Source: a virus. From it: a DNA stretch of 64,000 nt. The stretch's first letter is position 1. Each line of letters opens with the position of its first letter. The position numbers and the translations under genes were made by a program. Where the stretch lies: IMG/VR virus record IMGVR_UViG_3300042402_005830, positions 11,726-75,725 of that record, one strand, 5' to 3'. This document shows, one piece after another, positions 18,633-28,325 of the stretch. Below the pieces are notes generated by a model that saw nothing but the letters and a program-made list of their open reading frames with translations, made no database searches and was not told where the DNA came from.

Positions 18633-20435
18633 ATGGGAGCATTATTAGAAAGTGGTTTAGTTGGTAACATCGGTCTTAAGCACCTCAAAGTTATCAAGGA
18701 AGACACTATAAACAAATGGGACAAATTAGGTTTCCTCGAAGGGTTGGGTGGTCACTTAAAAGAAAACATGGCTCAACTTTATGAGAACCAAGCGTCACAC
18801 TTAATTAACGAAGCGGCAGCAACAGATTCATCAGGTTCTTTTGAAACTGTTGTTTTCCCAATCATCAGAAGAGTTTTCTCTAAGCTTTTGGCAAACGATA
18901 TCGTTTCTGTCCAAGCGATGAACTTACCTATTGGTAAACTCTTCTACTTCGTTCCTAAAATTCAAAATTACGATACAGGTAACCAACACTATCCACCCGT
19001 TGGATCACCTGAAGCTATTGCAGATTCTGTAAATAACCCAAACCAAGGATATGATACTGGTAAAAACCTTTACGATAGATTCTACGAAGGTAACGAAGCA
19101 GCATTAGATCCTCCTGGTCTTTTCGATTATTCAAAAGGAAGATATAGTGCAATAACCTCAACCGCAGTTGTAACCCAAGTTTGGGATAGTACTACAGGTG
19201 ATTTAGTCGCTTCAGGTTATGGTGCTGGCGAATATAGAAAAGTTCTTTTAACCCTTTCAGGATTCAGTAACGGAGGTTTTGGAAAACTTTTAGGACCCGA
19301 TGGTAACATGGTGGATAGTGAAACATTCCTTTCAGACTTAGTTGTCAAGGCTAAGAACACAGGTGCGTTTTCAGGTGCAGGTTCAGGGAATTTATTATTC
19401 AGAGTTGTAACTCAAAAATATGGTAAAGGAATCGTTCAATACGGATCTCAAACATCAACAACATTCGGGGCTTCAAATACCGCAAATGGTGGGGCTTATG
19501 ATGACATTTGTAGTGCTGACGGTAAGATTTACTTAGAAGTTGACCTTCAAGTCCCTTGTTCAATTGGTTCAGGATCATTGGACGGATATTCAGGTCTTAC
19601 AACAACCATTGCGGGTACAAGTGCGGCTGGTTCGCAGTTTGAGTGTTTTTACCGAATCTACGAAGAATTGGAATTCGAAGACAGAATTGGTGAAGTTTCA
19701 TTTGATCTCGAGTCAGTTACAGTTTCTGTTTCTGAAAGAAAGTTGAGAGCACAATGGTCACCTGAACTCGCTCAGGACGTTGCTGCTTTCCACAACATCG
19801 ATGCAGAAGCAGAATTGACAGCATTGTTGTCAGAACAAGTTGCTGCTGAAATCGACAGAGAAATCCTCAGAGACCTTAGAAAAGGTGCAGCATGGCAGTT
19901 AAGATGGGATTACAACGGATGGAAAAGAGGTACATCTGCTAACCCATTGACACAATACACACAGAAAGATTGGAACCAAACATTGATCACTGCGATCAAC
20001 CAACTTTCTGCACAAATCCACAAGTCAACTTTGAGAGGTGGTGCTAACTGGATCGTTGTTTCTTCTGAAATTTCAGCAATTTTCGACGATTTGGAATACT
20101 TCCACGTTTCAAACGCAGCTCCTGAACAGGATCAGTACAACATGGGTATCGAAAGAGTAGGAACACTCTCTGGTAGATATCAAGTTTACCGTGACCCATA
20201 CTTCCCACCAAACCAAATCTTGATAGGTCATAAGGGAACGTCATTACTTGACACAGGTTACGTTTACGCACCATACGTACCCCTTCAGTTGACACCAACA
20301 ATGTATAACCCATTCAACTTCACCCCAATCAAGGGTATCATGACCAGATACGCTAAGAAAATGGTGAATAACAGATTCTACGGTAGAATCACAGTTGATG
20401 GTGTTAGAACATTTGACTTAAGAGAATTGAGATAA
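18633..20435 (+). CDS. Major capsid protein (T4 gp23-like)
   Basis: VSVQAMNLPIGKLFY, RKLRAQWSPELAQDVAAFHNIDAEAEL, AEIDREIL, GYVYAPYVPL, FTPIKGIMTRY. Confidence 0.96.
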   Translation: MGALLESGLVGNIGLKHLKVIKEDTINKWDKLGFLEGLGGHLKENMAQLYENQASHLINEAAATDSSGSFETVVFPIIRRVFSKLLANDIVSVQAMNLPIGKLFYFVPKIQNYDTGNQHYPPVGSPEAIADSVNNPNQGYDTGKNLYDRFYEGNEAALDPPGLFDYSKGRYSAITSTAVVTQVWDSTTGDLVASGYGAGEYRKVLLTLSGFSNGGFGKLLGPDGNMVDSETFLSDLVVKAKNTGAFSGAGSGNLLFRVVTQKYGKGIVQYGSQTSTTFGASNTANGGAYDDICSADGKIYLEVDLQVPCSIGSGSLDGYSGLTTTIAGTSAAGSQFECFYRIYEELEFEDRIGEVSFDLESVTVSVSERKLRAQWSPELAQDVAAFHNIDAEAELTALLSEQVAAEIDREILRDLRKGAAWQLRWDYNGWKRGTSANPLTQYTQKDWNQTLITAINQLSAQIHKSTLRGGANWIVVSSEISAIFDDLEYFHVSNAAPEQDQYNMGIERVGTLSGRYQVYRDPYFPPNQILIGHKGTSLLDTGYVYAPYVPLQLTPTMYNPFNFTPIKGIMTRYAKKMVNNRFYGRITVDGVRTFDLRELR

Positions 20436-20456
20436 TCAATTAATAGTGTAAAATAG

Positions 20457-20483
20457 AAAAGGGAACTTCGGTTCCCTTTTTTT
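20457..20483. terminator. Intrinsic terminator after the major capsid gene (UUCG tetraloop, bidirectional)
   Basis: AAAAGGGAAC-TTCG-GTTCCCTTTTTT. Confidence 0.9.
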
Positions 20484-20721
20484 ATTCTTCAATTTTATGA
20501 ACTTTTCTTATTGATTTAGAAATCACTTCAGCTTCTTCCAAACTCAATATTCCCCTCCTTTGAGCATAGTTACAACATTCCATCAAACAAAATAATGATT
20601 GATCGTAATTTAAATTATCAATAAATTTTTCCAAATCCGAAATAGAATAATAATTTATTGAATTGAATAAGGTACCTAATGGTTTTTCTTCTTGTGTATT
20701 GTCCATGATGGAAAAATACAA
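20482..20721 (-). CDS. Small hypothetical protein
   Basis: 79 aa ORF ending at the bidirectional terminator. Confidence 0.55.
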   Translation of the reverse strand: MYFSIMDNTQEEKPLGTLFNSINYYSISDLEKFIDNLNYDQSLFCLMECCNYAQRRGILSLEEAEVISKSIRKVHKIEE

Positions 20722-20751
20722 ATTTTCAGGATATTTATCAATAAAAAAAGT

Positions 20752-21651
20752 ATGTCGCAGTTAAAAGAAGATTTAGCGGTGTGGTTTGGAAAAAAGAAAA
20801 AAGGTAAAGGATCAAAACAACCACAAGGTCCGTGGGTTAATATATGTAGAAAAAAAGAAGCAGGTGGTCATCCTGAGTGTGGTAGAGAAGAAGGAGGTAA
20901 GAGGGGTTATCCTGTGTGTAGAGCAAGATCTGTAGCATCGAAGATGAGTGAGGAGGAAAAGAAATCAGCTTGTGCGAGAAAAAGAAATAAAGAAAAGAAA
21001 GATCCACAAACAGGAAAAGGTCAAAAACCAACAAGAATACAAATTAAAGGATATAAAAAAGAATCAGTTATGGAAAAACCAATTTTTCAGTGGACAACAC
21101 TCAACGAAAACAAAACCATACTCAGTGAAGGTATGACATATCATATTGAAAATCACATTCCTTTACATGAGAATGTTTTTAGGATGGGATCCGAGAGTTA
21201 TTTCTCTTTGTTCAGAGAAGCAAGAAGTTTAGGATTTGAAAACTTCACAAACTCTATTGATAGATGGTTGATTAAAAACACCGATATTGGAATTTTTGAG
21301 TTATATGAGAATGAGTTGGTTCCTTTGGATATTCCAATGTTATATGAGGCGGAATACCAAGGAAAGAATGTCCAATTAAACAAACCAATGAGAGGAGGAA
21401 GTGGTGGAAAAAAATTCAAGGTATATGTTAAAGATCCCAAAACGGGGAATGTAAAGAAAGTCTCATTTGGTGCTGCGGGAGGTGGTGGGTCTTTGGCTGT
21501 AAAACTTAAAGATCCTGCGGCTAAAAGATCATTTGCTGCTAGACACAAATGTCATACAACCAAAGACAAAACAACAGCTTCTTATTGGGCTTGTAGATTA
21601 CCAAGATACGCTAAGTCTTTGGGGTTAAGTGGGGGTGGTACATGGTGGTAA
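20752..21651 (+). CDS. Basic modular phage protein (Cys/Lys-rich N module; C-terminal KKFKVYV..SFAARHKC..YWAC module, DUF6321-like)
   Basis: Motifs typical of T4-like aquatic phage proteins. Start ATG 20752 follows TATTTAT (track start 20692). Confidence 0.65.
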   Translation: MSQLKEDLAVWFGKKKKGKGSKQPQGPWVNICRKKEAGGHPECGREEGGKRGYPVCRARSVASKMSEEEKKSACARKRNKEKKDPQTGKGQKPTRIQIKGYKKESVMEKPIFQWTTLNENKTILSEGMTYHIENHIPLHENVFRMGSESYFSLFREARSLGFENFTNSIDRWLIKNTDIGIFELYENELVPLDIPMLYEAEYQGKNVQLNKPMRGGSGGKKFKVYVKDPKTGNVKKVSFGAAGGGGSLAVKLKDPAAKRSFAARHKCHTTKDKTTASYWACRLPRYAKSLGLSGGGTWW

Positions 21652-21911
21652 ATCCATATTCTGAAGAAGTTCAAGATGAAGTAATTCTTCGTGTCTTCAA
21701 AGAAGATGTGGAGAACGATGAACTTGTTTGGCATCGTGATCGTAGGGATAGGAAAGTAGAGATTGTAGAATCCAACGAGTGGTTCTTTCAGTTTGAAGAT
21801 CAATTGCCTATAGAGATGAAAAAAGGGGATGTATTTAACATCCCCAAAGAAAGTTATCACCGAATTATTAAAGGTAAAAATGATTTAATAGTTAAAATTT
21901 TTGAATATTAA
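21642..21911 (+). CDS. Cupin-fold protein
   Basis: LVWHRD...EMKKGDVFNIPKESYHRIIKG. Confidence 0.7.
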   Translation: MVVNPYSEEVQDEVILRVFKEDVENDELVWHRDRRDRKVEIVESNEWFFQFEDQLPIEMKKGDVFNIPKESYHRIIKGKNDLIVKIFEY

Positions 21912-22059
21912 ACTTTTTTAATCTTATTGAATAATTTGTGGTAGTTAAAAAATCTTTATGATATAAATTAAAATAATCTACAGCCGAATCAGCACTGTTT
22001 GCTTCTGTTTCGTTGATAACTTTTCCGTTCTTTAGTAGTTCGTATGTTTTGAAATTCAT
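21892..22059 (-). CDS. Possible 55 aa hypothetical protein
   Basis: Hand-translated MNFKTYELLKNGKVINETEANSADSAVDYF...; fills the gap downstream of the TonB-dependent receptor. Confidence 0.35.
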   Translation of the reverse strand: MNFKTYELLKNGKVINETEANSADSAVDYFNLYHKDFLTTTNYSIRLKKFNIQKF

Positions 22060-22106
22060 TGGTCAAAAACTTTCCCATAAATATTCAAAATCGTGTAAAA
22101 ATTACA

Positions 22107-24890
22107 TCAATTAAAACTATATTTAAAACTAAAATTCATTGTTGATCCGAACCTTGTTTCTTGCCATCTATTATCACCTTCATCTAACTTTTCATTTCCA
22201 TTTAAATCTTGGAACATCACCAAATCTTGTGATAATAAATCTCTAATATTCATTTTAAATTCAAGATTTTCAAACTTTTTGGATAACTGAAGATCAATTA
22301 AATTTCTTCCGTTTTCCCAAACTGAAGGTTCTTGAACATTTCCCACCACAAATATTCTTGGACCAATTACATTGTAAGTTGTTGAAACATTCCATCCATT
22401 TGGTGTGTTATAGAATAATCCAACATTATAAACATAAGGTGATTGTCCTTGTAATGGTCTTCCGTCTTCTGACCCTGCAAAACCTTCAAGATTAACCTCT
22501 GAATCAATTAACGAAATATTGGAAGTAATGTCCAAATTTTCAATCAAATTTACCTTACCCTCTATTTCAACACCTCTGATATGTGCTGATTCAACATTTG
22601 AATAATAAATTTCTGGTGCTCCTGAAATTCCTGTTCTATTAATTGCTTCTATTGGGTTATTTAAATTCTTATTGAAGAATGAAACCGAAATAATTTCACT
22701 TAAGTCAGGATAGTATTCAAATCTTATTTCTTGATTATTAATTCTTGTTCTTTCAAGATATGAATTACCGGTAATAATATTATCTTGAATAAAATTATAA
22801 AAAGTAAACGGGGCGAGTTCTCTAAATTCAGGTCTTGAAACACTTGAATATATAGAAGATCTTACTTGAGTTTTTTCATTTATGGAATAAACCAAATTAA
22901 GGGAGGGTAAAAGATCTGTAATATTACTATTGATATGGATTGGTTTGTTGGAACCAAATTCTGTATAATAGAAATTTTGGTTGTAATTTTCCAATCTTAA
23001 TCCTCCAATCAATCTCAAAGATTTCCATTTTGAATCAAGTGAAATATATCCTGAATTAAGATTGGAGTTTGCATCATAACTATCATCCACATTTGTTGAT
23101 TCATCCAATTTAAACCCTCCCATCCCATTTTGTAAGGTTCCCATATTTTCTTGTGAAAATATTTGACTTGGATCTAATAATAGTAAAGAACTATCAAAAA
23201 CTCCTCCTTGAGGTCTATATTGTGAATAACCTAAATTTCTTGAAATAAAATTTCTTTCTCTGTATTGGTGGTATGAACCGATTTTAACTTCGTTTTCTAA
23301 ATTCAAAAAAGAAAAACTACGAGACCAATCAAGTCTTCCTGAATAAAGATTTTCATCAGAATAAGACCAAAACATATTCCCAGCAGCTGTTGGAATTGTT
23401 CCGTTGGTTTGAATAACTGCCGCATATTGAGAATTTGGATCATCTTCTGTGAGAGAATATTTCCTATAAACAATTCTTCTTAAGTTCGGTATATCTCTTC
23501 TCACATTATTGTAACTCAAAGTCCAATTTAGTTTTGAGTTATCAAAAGTATGATTTCCGATTAATTGTTGTGATAAGAAATTATTTTGTGTGTACCAAAA
23601 GTTTGTCGATCTTTCCCATTGTCTTGGGTCATTATCCATCTCACGAACTCCACTTCTTACATTCACTCTATCTTCAGAATTTATTGTATAGAAGTTTTTT
23701 AATTTTATAGTGTGGTTAGGATTTAACAAAAAAGAAAAATTTAATAACCCACTGTTTGCAATTGTTTGAACAAACACAGAATCATTCAGTTCCATCTTTT
23801 GAACAACACCTAGTTCTTGTTCTTCAAAATCTCTTCTTGTGGTTGTGGTGGTGTTATATTGATTGGAATAATTGTAAGCCCCACTTACAAGAAGTGTTTT
23901 ATTTCCGATTGAATAGTTTCTTCCAATCGTGTATTGAATTGTTGAAGAAGGTGGGGCAATTCTGTAATGTGTTGACCAATCTGTTTGAATAAGTGTTGCG
24001 AGTGTTGCTCTTTCTTGTCTTGATAAATTCACAAATTCCGATGTGTTCGGAATATTGTCAGGTAAACACCTAAATTCAGACCCTAAACCCAAAATATCCA
24101 TTGGACTTCCTTGATATGTTCCAAACCTTTGAAATGAGGTCATTCCATTAACTGAAGTTCCAATCTGTAAGGTTTGGTATGTAATCTCTTTTGGTTCGGT
24201 TGTATTGATATTTATCAAACCACCAGTGAATTCGCCTGAAAGATCCGCAGAAGCCGACTTATTGATATATAAATTATCAATCATATTGGATGGAAAAAGA
24301 TCAAAAGAAAATGCTCTTCTATCCGATTCTGTTGATGGTAGGGGTGATCCGTTAATTAATGCGAAGTTGTACCTGTCATTTAGACCTCTGACGATCACGA
24401 ATTTATTTTCTTGAACTGTGACACCACCCACCCGTTTAAATACATCAGAAGCTCTTGAATCAGGTGTTTTATTAAATGTTTCAGATGAAACCCCATCAAT
24501 AACCGATGCTGATTTCCTTTGAAGAGAAACCATTTGTGTTGCCGATTGTTGATTGGCTTGAGCAACAACGGTTGCTTCACCAATCTCCATAAGGGTGGGT
24601 TTTAAAGATATATTCAAAACCCCGTCCCGATTAACCAAACTTACATTTTGAACTTGATTATCATATCCGATAAAACTGACCCGAACATCATAATTTCCCG
24701 AAGGAATGCCTTTGATAGTGAAATTACCATCCAAATCACTCATCGTACCCTTTCCAAGTTCTTCAACATATACCGTAGCGCCAATCAACGACTCCCTTGT
24801 TTGAGAGTCGTTGACGGTACCAGATAAATTATATTGTGAAAAAGAACTTAAAGATAAGAATAAAAATATAAGTAGGTTAAAATATTTCAT
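22107..24890 (-). CDS. TonB-dependent outer-membrane receptor (Bacteroidota type)
   Basis: Signal peptide ending SFS-Q, CarboxypepD_reg-like domain (LSGTVND..ESLIGATV..SDLDGNF), plug (VRGLNDRYN, FDLFPSNMI), barrel motifs (SRPEFRELAPF, GNSYL, RPLQGQSPY), C-terminal FKYSFN. Confidence 0.93.
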   Translation of the reverse strand: MKYFNLLIFLFLSLSSFSQYNLSGTVNDSQTRESLIGATVYVEELGKGTMSDLDGNFTIKGIPSGNYDVRVSFIGYDNQVQNVSLVNRDGVLNISLKPTLMEIGEATVVAQANQQSATQMVSLQRKSASVIDGVSSETFNKTPDSRASDVFKRVGGVTVQENKFVIVRGLNDRYNFALINGSPLPSTESDRRAFSFDLFPSNMIDNLYINKSASADLSGEFTGGLININTTEPKEITYQTLQIGTSVNGMTSFQRFGTYQGSPMDILGLGSEFRCLPDNIPNTSEFVNLSRQERATLATLIQTDWSTHYRIAPPSSTIQYTIGRNYSIGNKTLLVSGAYNYSNQYNTTTTTRRDFEEQELGVVQKMELNDSVFVQTIANSGLLNFSFLLNPNHTIKLKNFYTINSEDRVNVRSGVREMDNDPRQWERSTNFWYTQNNFLSQQLIGNHTFDNSKLNWTLSYNNVRRDIPNLRRIVYRKYSLTEDDPNSQYAAVIQTNGTIPTAAGNMFWSYSDENLYSGRLDWSRSFSFLNLENEVKIGSYHQYRERNFISRNLGYSQYRPQGGVFDSSLLLLDPSQIFSQENMGTLQNGMGGFKLDESTNVDDSYDANSNLNSGYISLDSKWKSLRLIGGLRLENYNQNFYYTEFGSNKPIHINSNITDLLPSLNLVYSINEKTQVRSSIYSSVSRPEFRELAPFTFYNFIQDNIITGNSYLERTRINNQEIRFEYYPDLSEIISVSFFNKNLNNPIEAINRTGISGAPEIYYSNVESAHIRGVEIEGKVNLIENLDITSNISLIDSEVNLEGFAGSEDGRPLQGQSPYVYNVGLFYNTPNGWNVSTTYNVIGPRIFVVGNVQEPSVWENGRNLIDLQLSKKFENLEFKMNIRDLLSQDLVMFQDLNGNEKLDEGDNRWQETRFGSTMNFSFKYSFN

Positions 24891-24891
24891 T

Positions 24892-26484
24892 TTACTTATT
24901 GATTACAACCTTCTGAACATCACCCGATGTTTGAACGAAATAAATTCCGTTTGAGAAGTTTGTGGTGTTAATTGTTACAGGTGCAAAATCTTCGTAAACT
25001 CTTTGACCAACTTGGTTTGTAATTACAATTGGTGTTCTCTTTGGGGAAGTAACAACCAAGTAATCTGAGGTTGGGTTTGGATAAACATTCAAAGAAACTT
25101 CATTTTGATCTTCAACACCAATAACAATTGGGTTTGCTAGAAGTGGGTGAGTAAAGTCAGCTCCGAGTGCTGGTGAATTACTTTCACTCAATCTTCCGTC
25201 AGGGGTTAAACCAAGATCAACAAACAAATTAACCCAATCGATTTGTTCAATAGTTGTGAGTGAATCATTGTAATTTACTCCGAAGAAAGTATTATAAAAA
25301 TCTTCAGTTCCCGAAACACAATTCGATCCAACAGGAAGATCTGCCAAGATATTGTGAGCAAAAACCAAATTACCTGTTTGAACATTAACTTGTGTTGATG
25401 TACCCTCAATAGATACACCTTTCTCCCATCCCGTAACAAGTGAATTGAAAACAGATGTTGAGGTGTTTCTTCTCAATCTGAAAGCCTTTTCAAAAGTCTC
25501 TCCAACAGGAAGGTCATTCAAAATATCATCACCGAAAGGTCCGACCAATGTTACATTTGAAAAGACAGGTGCGGTTTTTGGTGTATTTTCTGAACCTTGA
25601 CCGTCGTTGTCTGACTCAAAAGCGTTAGAGTCACCTACCGCGTCATACATATACTTGTTTCTGATAGAAAGTGCGAATTGAACTTTTCCTCTGTAGCCAA
25701 AATCGGTATCAAAGTCATCATCAATGCCACTATAAGCGATAAGGTGTTTTGCATTTACAGTTCCACCGAACCACTCAAAAGAATCGTCACCCGAATATGA
25801 AACTTGCACAAAATCTACAAGAGTTCCCGATCCAATAGATCCAAAGGTAATACCATTGATTTCTTTGTTTGGTTCAAGAGCAATACCACAGAACTCAATT
25901 CTTACATACTTGATAACACCCGAGTTGTCTGAATCATCAGTTCCACCATATTCGGTGTCTAAAGAGGCGGGAATTCCTTCTATGTTTGCAACACCACTTG
26001 GTTGATTGTTTATTGCATTTCCCAAGATTACAATACCTCCCCAATCTCCTTCTGCCCTTTCACCCACAGGTTGGTTTGATGTAAAAACGATTGGACTTGA
26101 TTGTGTCCCTTCTGCGATAATTTTTGAACCCCTTGTGATTATTAAGGTTGCTTGAGTTGATGCATCTCCACGAATAATAGTCCCTGGTTGAATTGTCAAA
26201 GTTGCACCGTTTTTTACATAAATTTTGTTTTGAATTTCAACGACACCACCGATAGTTGTATTAGTTGTAATGTCCGAATTCAACACCATAGATGGGGATG
26301 GGTATTCTGTGTTTTGTGGATCCCAATTAGACCATCCGTATGTCCAATCTGTTGATGGTGTGTTATCCGTTACGGGGAACGCTCCTTTGTAATTTACATA
26401 ATCCCATGTCCATTCTTGGGCGTTTGCAGTAGAAAGACCCATAAATACTGCGAGGGTCATCAAAATTTGTTTTCTCATAATCAT
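24892..26484 (-). CDS. T9SS type-A sorting-domain protein with a beta-helix (pectin-lyase-like) body
   Basis: Signal peptide ANA-Q; PIVFTS, GDWGGIVILG, SGVIKYVRIEF, EINGITFG, DDSFEWFGGTVN, DDDFDTDFGY; C-terminal VYPNPT...GQRV...GIYFV...KVVINK (Por secretion tail). Confidence 0.9.
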   Translation of the reverse strand: MIMRKQILMTLAVFMGLSTANAQEWTWDYVNYKGAFPVTDNTPSTDWTYGWSNWDPQNTEYPSPSMVLNSDITTNTTIGGVVEIQNKIYVKNGATLTIQPGTIIRGDASTQATLIITRGSKIIAEGTQSSPIVFTSNQPVGERAEGDWGGIVILGNAINNQPSGVANIEGIPASLDTEYGGTDDSDNSGVIKYVRIEFCGIALEPNKEINGITFGSIGSGTLVDFVQVSYSGDDSFEWFGGTVNAKHLIAYSGIDDDFDTDFGYRGKVQFALSIRNKYMYDAVGDSNAFESDNDGQGSENTPKTAPVFSNVTLVGPFGDDILNDLPVGETFEKAFRLRRNTSTSVFNSLVTGWEKGVSIEGTSTQVNVQTGNLVFAHNILADLPVGSNCVSGTEDFYNTFFGVNYNDSLTTIEQIDWVNLFVDLGLTPDGRLSESNSPALGADFTHPLLANPIVIGVEDQNEVSLNVYPNPTSDYLVVTSPKRTPIVITNQVGQRVYEDFAPVTINTTNFSNGIYFVQTSGDVQKVVINK

Positions 26485-26530
26485 CCTTTTTTATTTTATT
26501 GTAAATTATACGAATATAATTACAAGAAAA

Positions 26531-26558
26531 CAAAGTTAGGGTGTTAAGAGAATGTTAA
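26531..26558 (-). promoter_or_regulatory. Pho-box-like direct repeat (TTAACA-N5-TTAACA) abutting a Bacteroidota -7 box (TAACTTTG)
   Basis: Minus strand reads TTAACA TTCTC TTAACA CCC TAACTTTG; repeats have an 11-bp period; about 47 nt upstream of the ATG at 26484. Confidence 0.65.
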
Positions 26559-26576
26559 CTCAAAAATAAACTTCTA

Positions 26577-26831
26577 TTATTTTTTACCCCTACAATAAGA
26601 TCCTGAACATCTTTTTTTACCATCAAGACCCGCAATTTTACCTTTACACACTTGAACAGCATATCCATTCGCATAAGCACTTGGATAAACATCATATTTA
26701 GACTTCGCCGCAGAAATTCCACGAGCGCATAATTTGTTGGATTTTTTCTTTTTTTCGGTTAGGTAAGCCTCCAAGAGAAATCTTCTCATAATTTCTTTGA
26801 GGTCGTTATTGTTTAAATTAATCTTACTCAT
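26577..26831 (-). CDS. Small basic Cys-containing phage protein
   Basis: KLCARGISAAKSKYDVYPSAYANGYAVQVCKG; N-terminal LLE-A propeptide-like motif. Confidence 0.65.
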   Translation of the reverse strand: MSKINLNNNDLKEIMRRFLLEAYLTEKKKKSNKLCARGISAAKSKYDVYPSAYANGYAVQVCKGKIAGLDGKKRCSGSYCRGKK

Positions 26832-28303
26832 TTTTTACTCACTACTTGGAAGTTTATTTCGTTCTTATAACTAACAATGTTGTTATTTTGATTTATTTGT
26901 AAATCAATAAAGTATTCATTAGGTATTTTATCCCTTAAATCCAATATAAAAAAGTATTCTTGAGGAGTCCTGTTGAGTTCAGTCCAATCCGTCACTTGAA
27001 CTTCTGTTTGACCCTCCTTCACATAAATCCTATATTGAACATCTATATCATCAACAATATGTGATTTTGTATATGCTCTTTTAGGTATTACGGAAACTTT
27101 TCTTTGATCCGTGTTTAATATTTTTTCTGAGTATTTAATACCGTAGAAAGTGAATCCATATTCTTGAGTGTTCGGTAAAGAAGTATCATATTGAAGACTA
27201 TCACTGAATGACTTCAGTTCAAATTCATTTTCAATATTTGATAAAGAAGTACCGTTGAAAATCAAGTTTTTCCACTTGTCGGTGTATAAACAATTTAAAT
27301 TACCACCTGTAATACCAGGTAATGTTACTTTATATATCCCCTTACTAATCCTACAAGTAGATAAATTAGACAACCCCGTAACCACCGTTCCATCTGGATC
27401 TAAAATATCAACTACAGGATTTGAATCTAAATTTATTGGAGATCCATTTCTTGAAATATATAGATAAAGATCATTGGAGGTTCCTTCTGTAAAATTAGGC
27501 CTACTGTCGTCAATTATGTCGTCCCATTTTGAGTATAAAAATGGTTCATAGAATGTTTGTGTATGTCTTGTGAAGAAACCAACTGAATAAGACTCACTTA
27601 ATCCTGTTAAGTTCTCAACTTGAGGAACAAACGCTACACCCCACCCCACACTATCTGTAGTACCGCCAGTCAATATATTATTGATTTCATTAGTCATATC
27701 AAATGAAATGTCTTCATCACCAAATTCAAAATGTTGTGTATCTACTATTGTAATTGCGGAATAATTTACTTTCCCACTTGTTCCTGAATTATCATTAATA
27801 TAAATTCCATCCGTACTCCAATCGTTTATCAATTCTCTTTGGAAGTAGTTTGATGGTCTTAAAGAATATGATTTATCTGTTAAATCGAAATCATCTGTTG
27901 TGTTTTGAATATAATCATATCCAACACCTTCATCCCAAGTTTGAACACTTCCCGACGCACCATTTGATTTTGGAATTCTAAATAATATAAGATCGAAAGA
28001 TGTGGCTCGTCTTCTTCCATCACTTGTTGTTTCATTTAACAAATCTGAAAATGAAGAAGTATTGGTCATTCTTAATTCGTGAGTAATATTTGTGTTACAA
28101 CCAAAATTTAAATAACCATCGGTAATTTTTTGTTCAAGACCTGTAAGATCTAAATCAAAAATAAATCTTGAAAAGTTTTTTGTTCCGATTGCGGGAAAAT
28201 TTGAACCAAAAAATAATTCAGTTACAGGGTTCCTACCTGTATTGACCTCTGAATTGAATAAAATGGTATTATTTCTTTTAAAATACGAACGGTGATCAGA
28301 CAT
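26828..28303 (-). CDS. Putative virion (baseplate-region) structural protein
   Basis: 491 aa, beta-rich, late-promoter motif upstream, adjacent to the spike-like gene. Confidence 0.5.
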   Translation of the reverse strand: MSDHRSYFKRNNTILFNSEVNTGRNPVTELFFGSNFPAIGTKNFSRFIFDLDLTGLEQKITDGYLNFGCNTNITHELRMTNTSSFSDLLNETTSDGRRRATSFDLILFRIPKSNGASGSVQTWDEGVGYDYIQNTTDDFDLTDKSYSLRPSNYFQRELINDWSTDGIYINDNSGTSGKVNYSAITIVDTQHFEFGDEDISFDMTNEINNILTGGTTDSVGWGVAFVPQVENLTGLSESYSVGFFTRHTQTFYEPFLYSKWDDIIDDSRPNFTEGTSNDLYLYISRNGSPINLDSNPVVDILDPDGTVVTGLSNLSTCRISKGIYKVTLPGITGGNLNCLYTDKWKNLIFNGTSLSNIENEFELKSFSDSLQYDTSLPNTQEYGFTFYGIKYSEKILNTDQRKVSVIPKRAYTKSHIVDDIDVQYRIYVKEGQTEVQVTDWTELNRTPQEYFFILDLRDKIPNEYFIDLQINQNNNIVSYKNEINFQVVSKK

Positions 28304-28325
28304 ATTGATATTTTATCTATAAATA

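Noticed and set aside
10321-20435. Introns, inteins or homing endonucleases in terminase, portal or capsid genes
   Set aside because: The ORFs are continuous, with no intein termini or LAGLIDADG/HNH motifs seen
22107-26484. Host chromosomal DNA or a prophage boundary at the TonB receptor operon
   Set aside because: Phage genes flank it tightly on both sides and no integrase, att site or other host housekeeping genes are visible; chimerism still needs a read-level check
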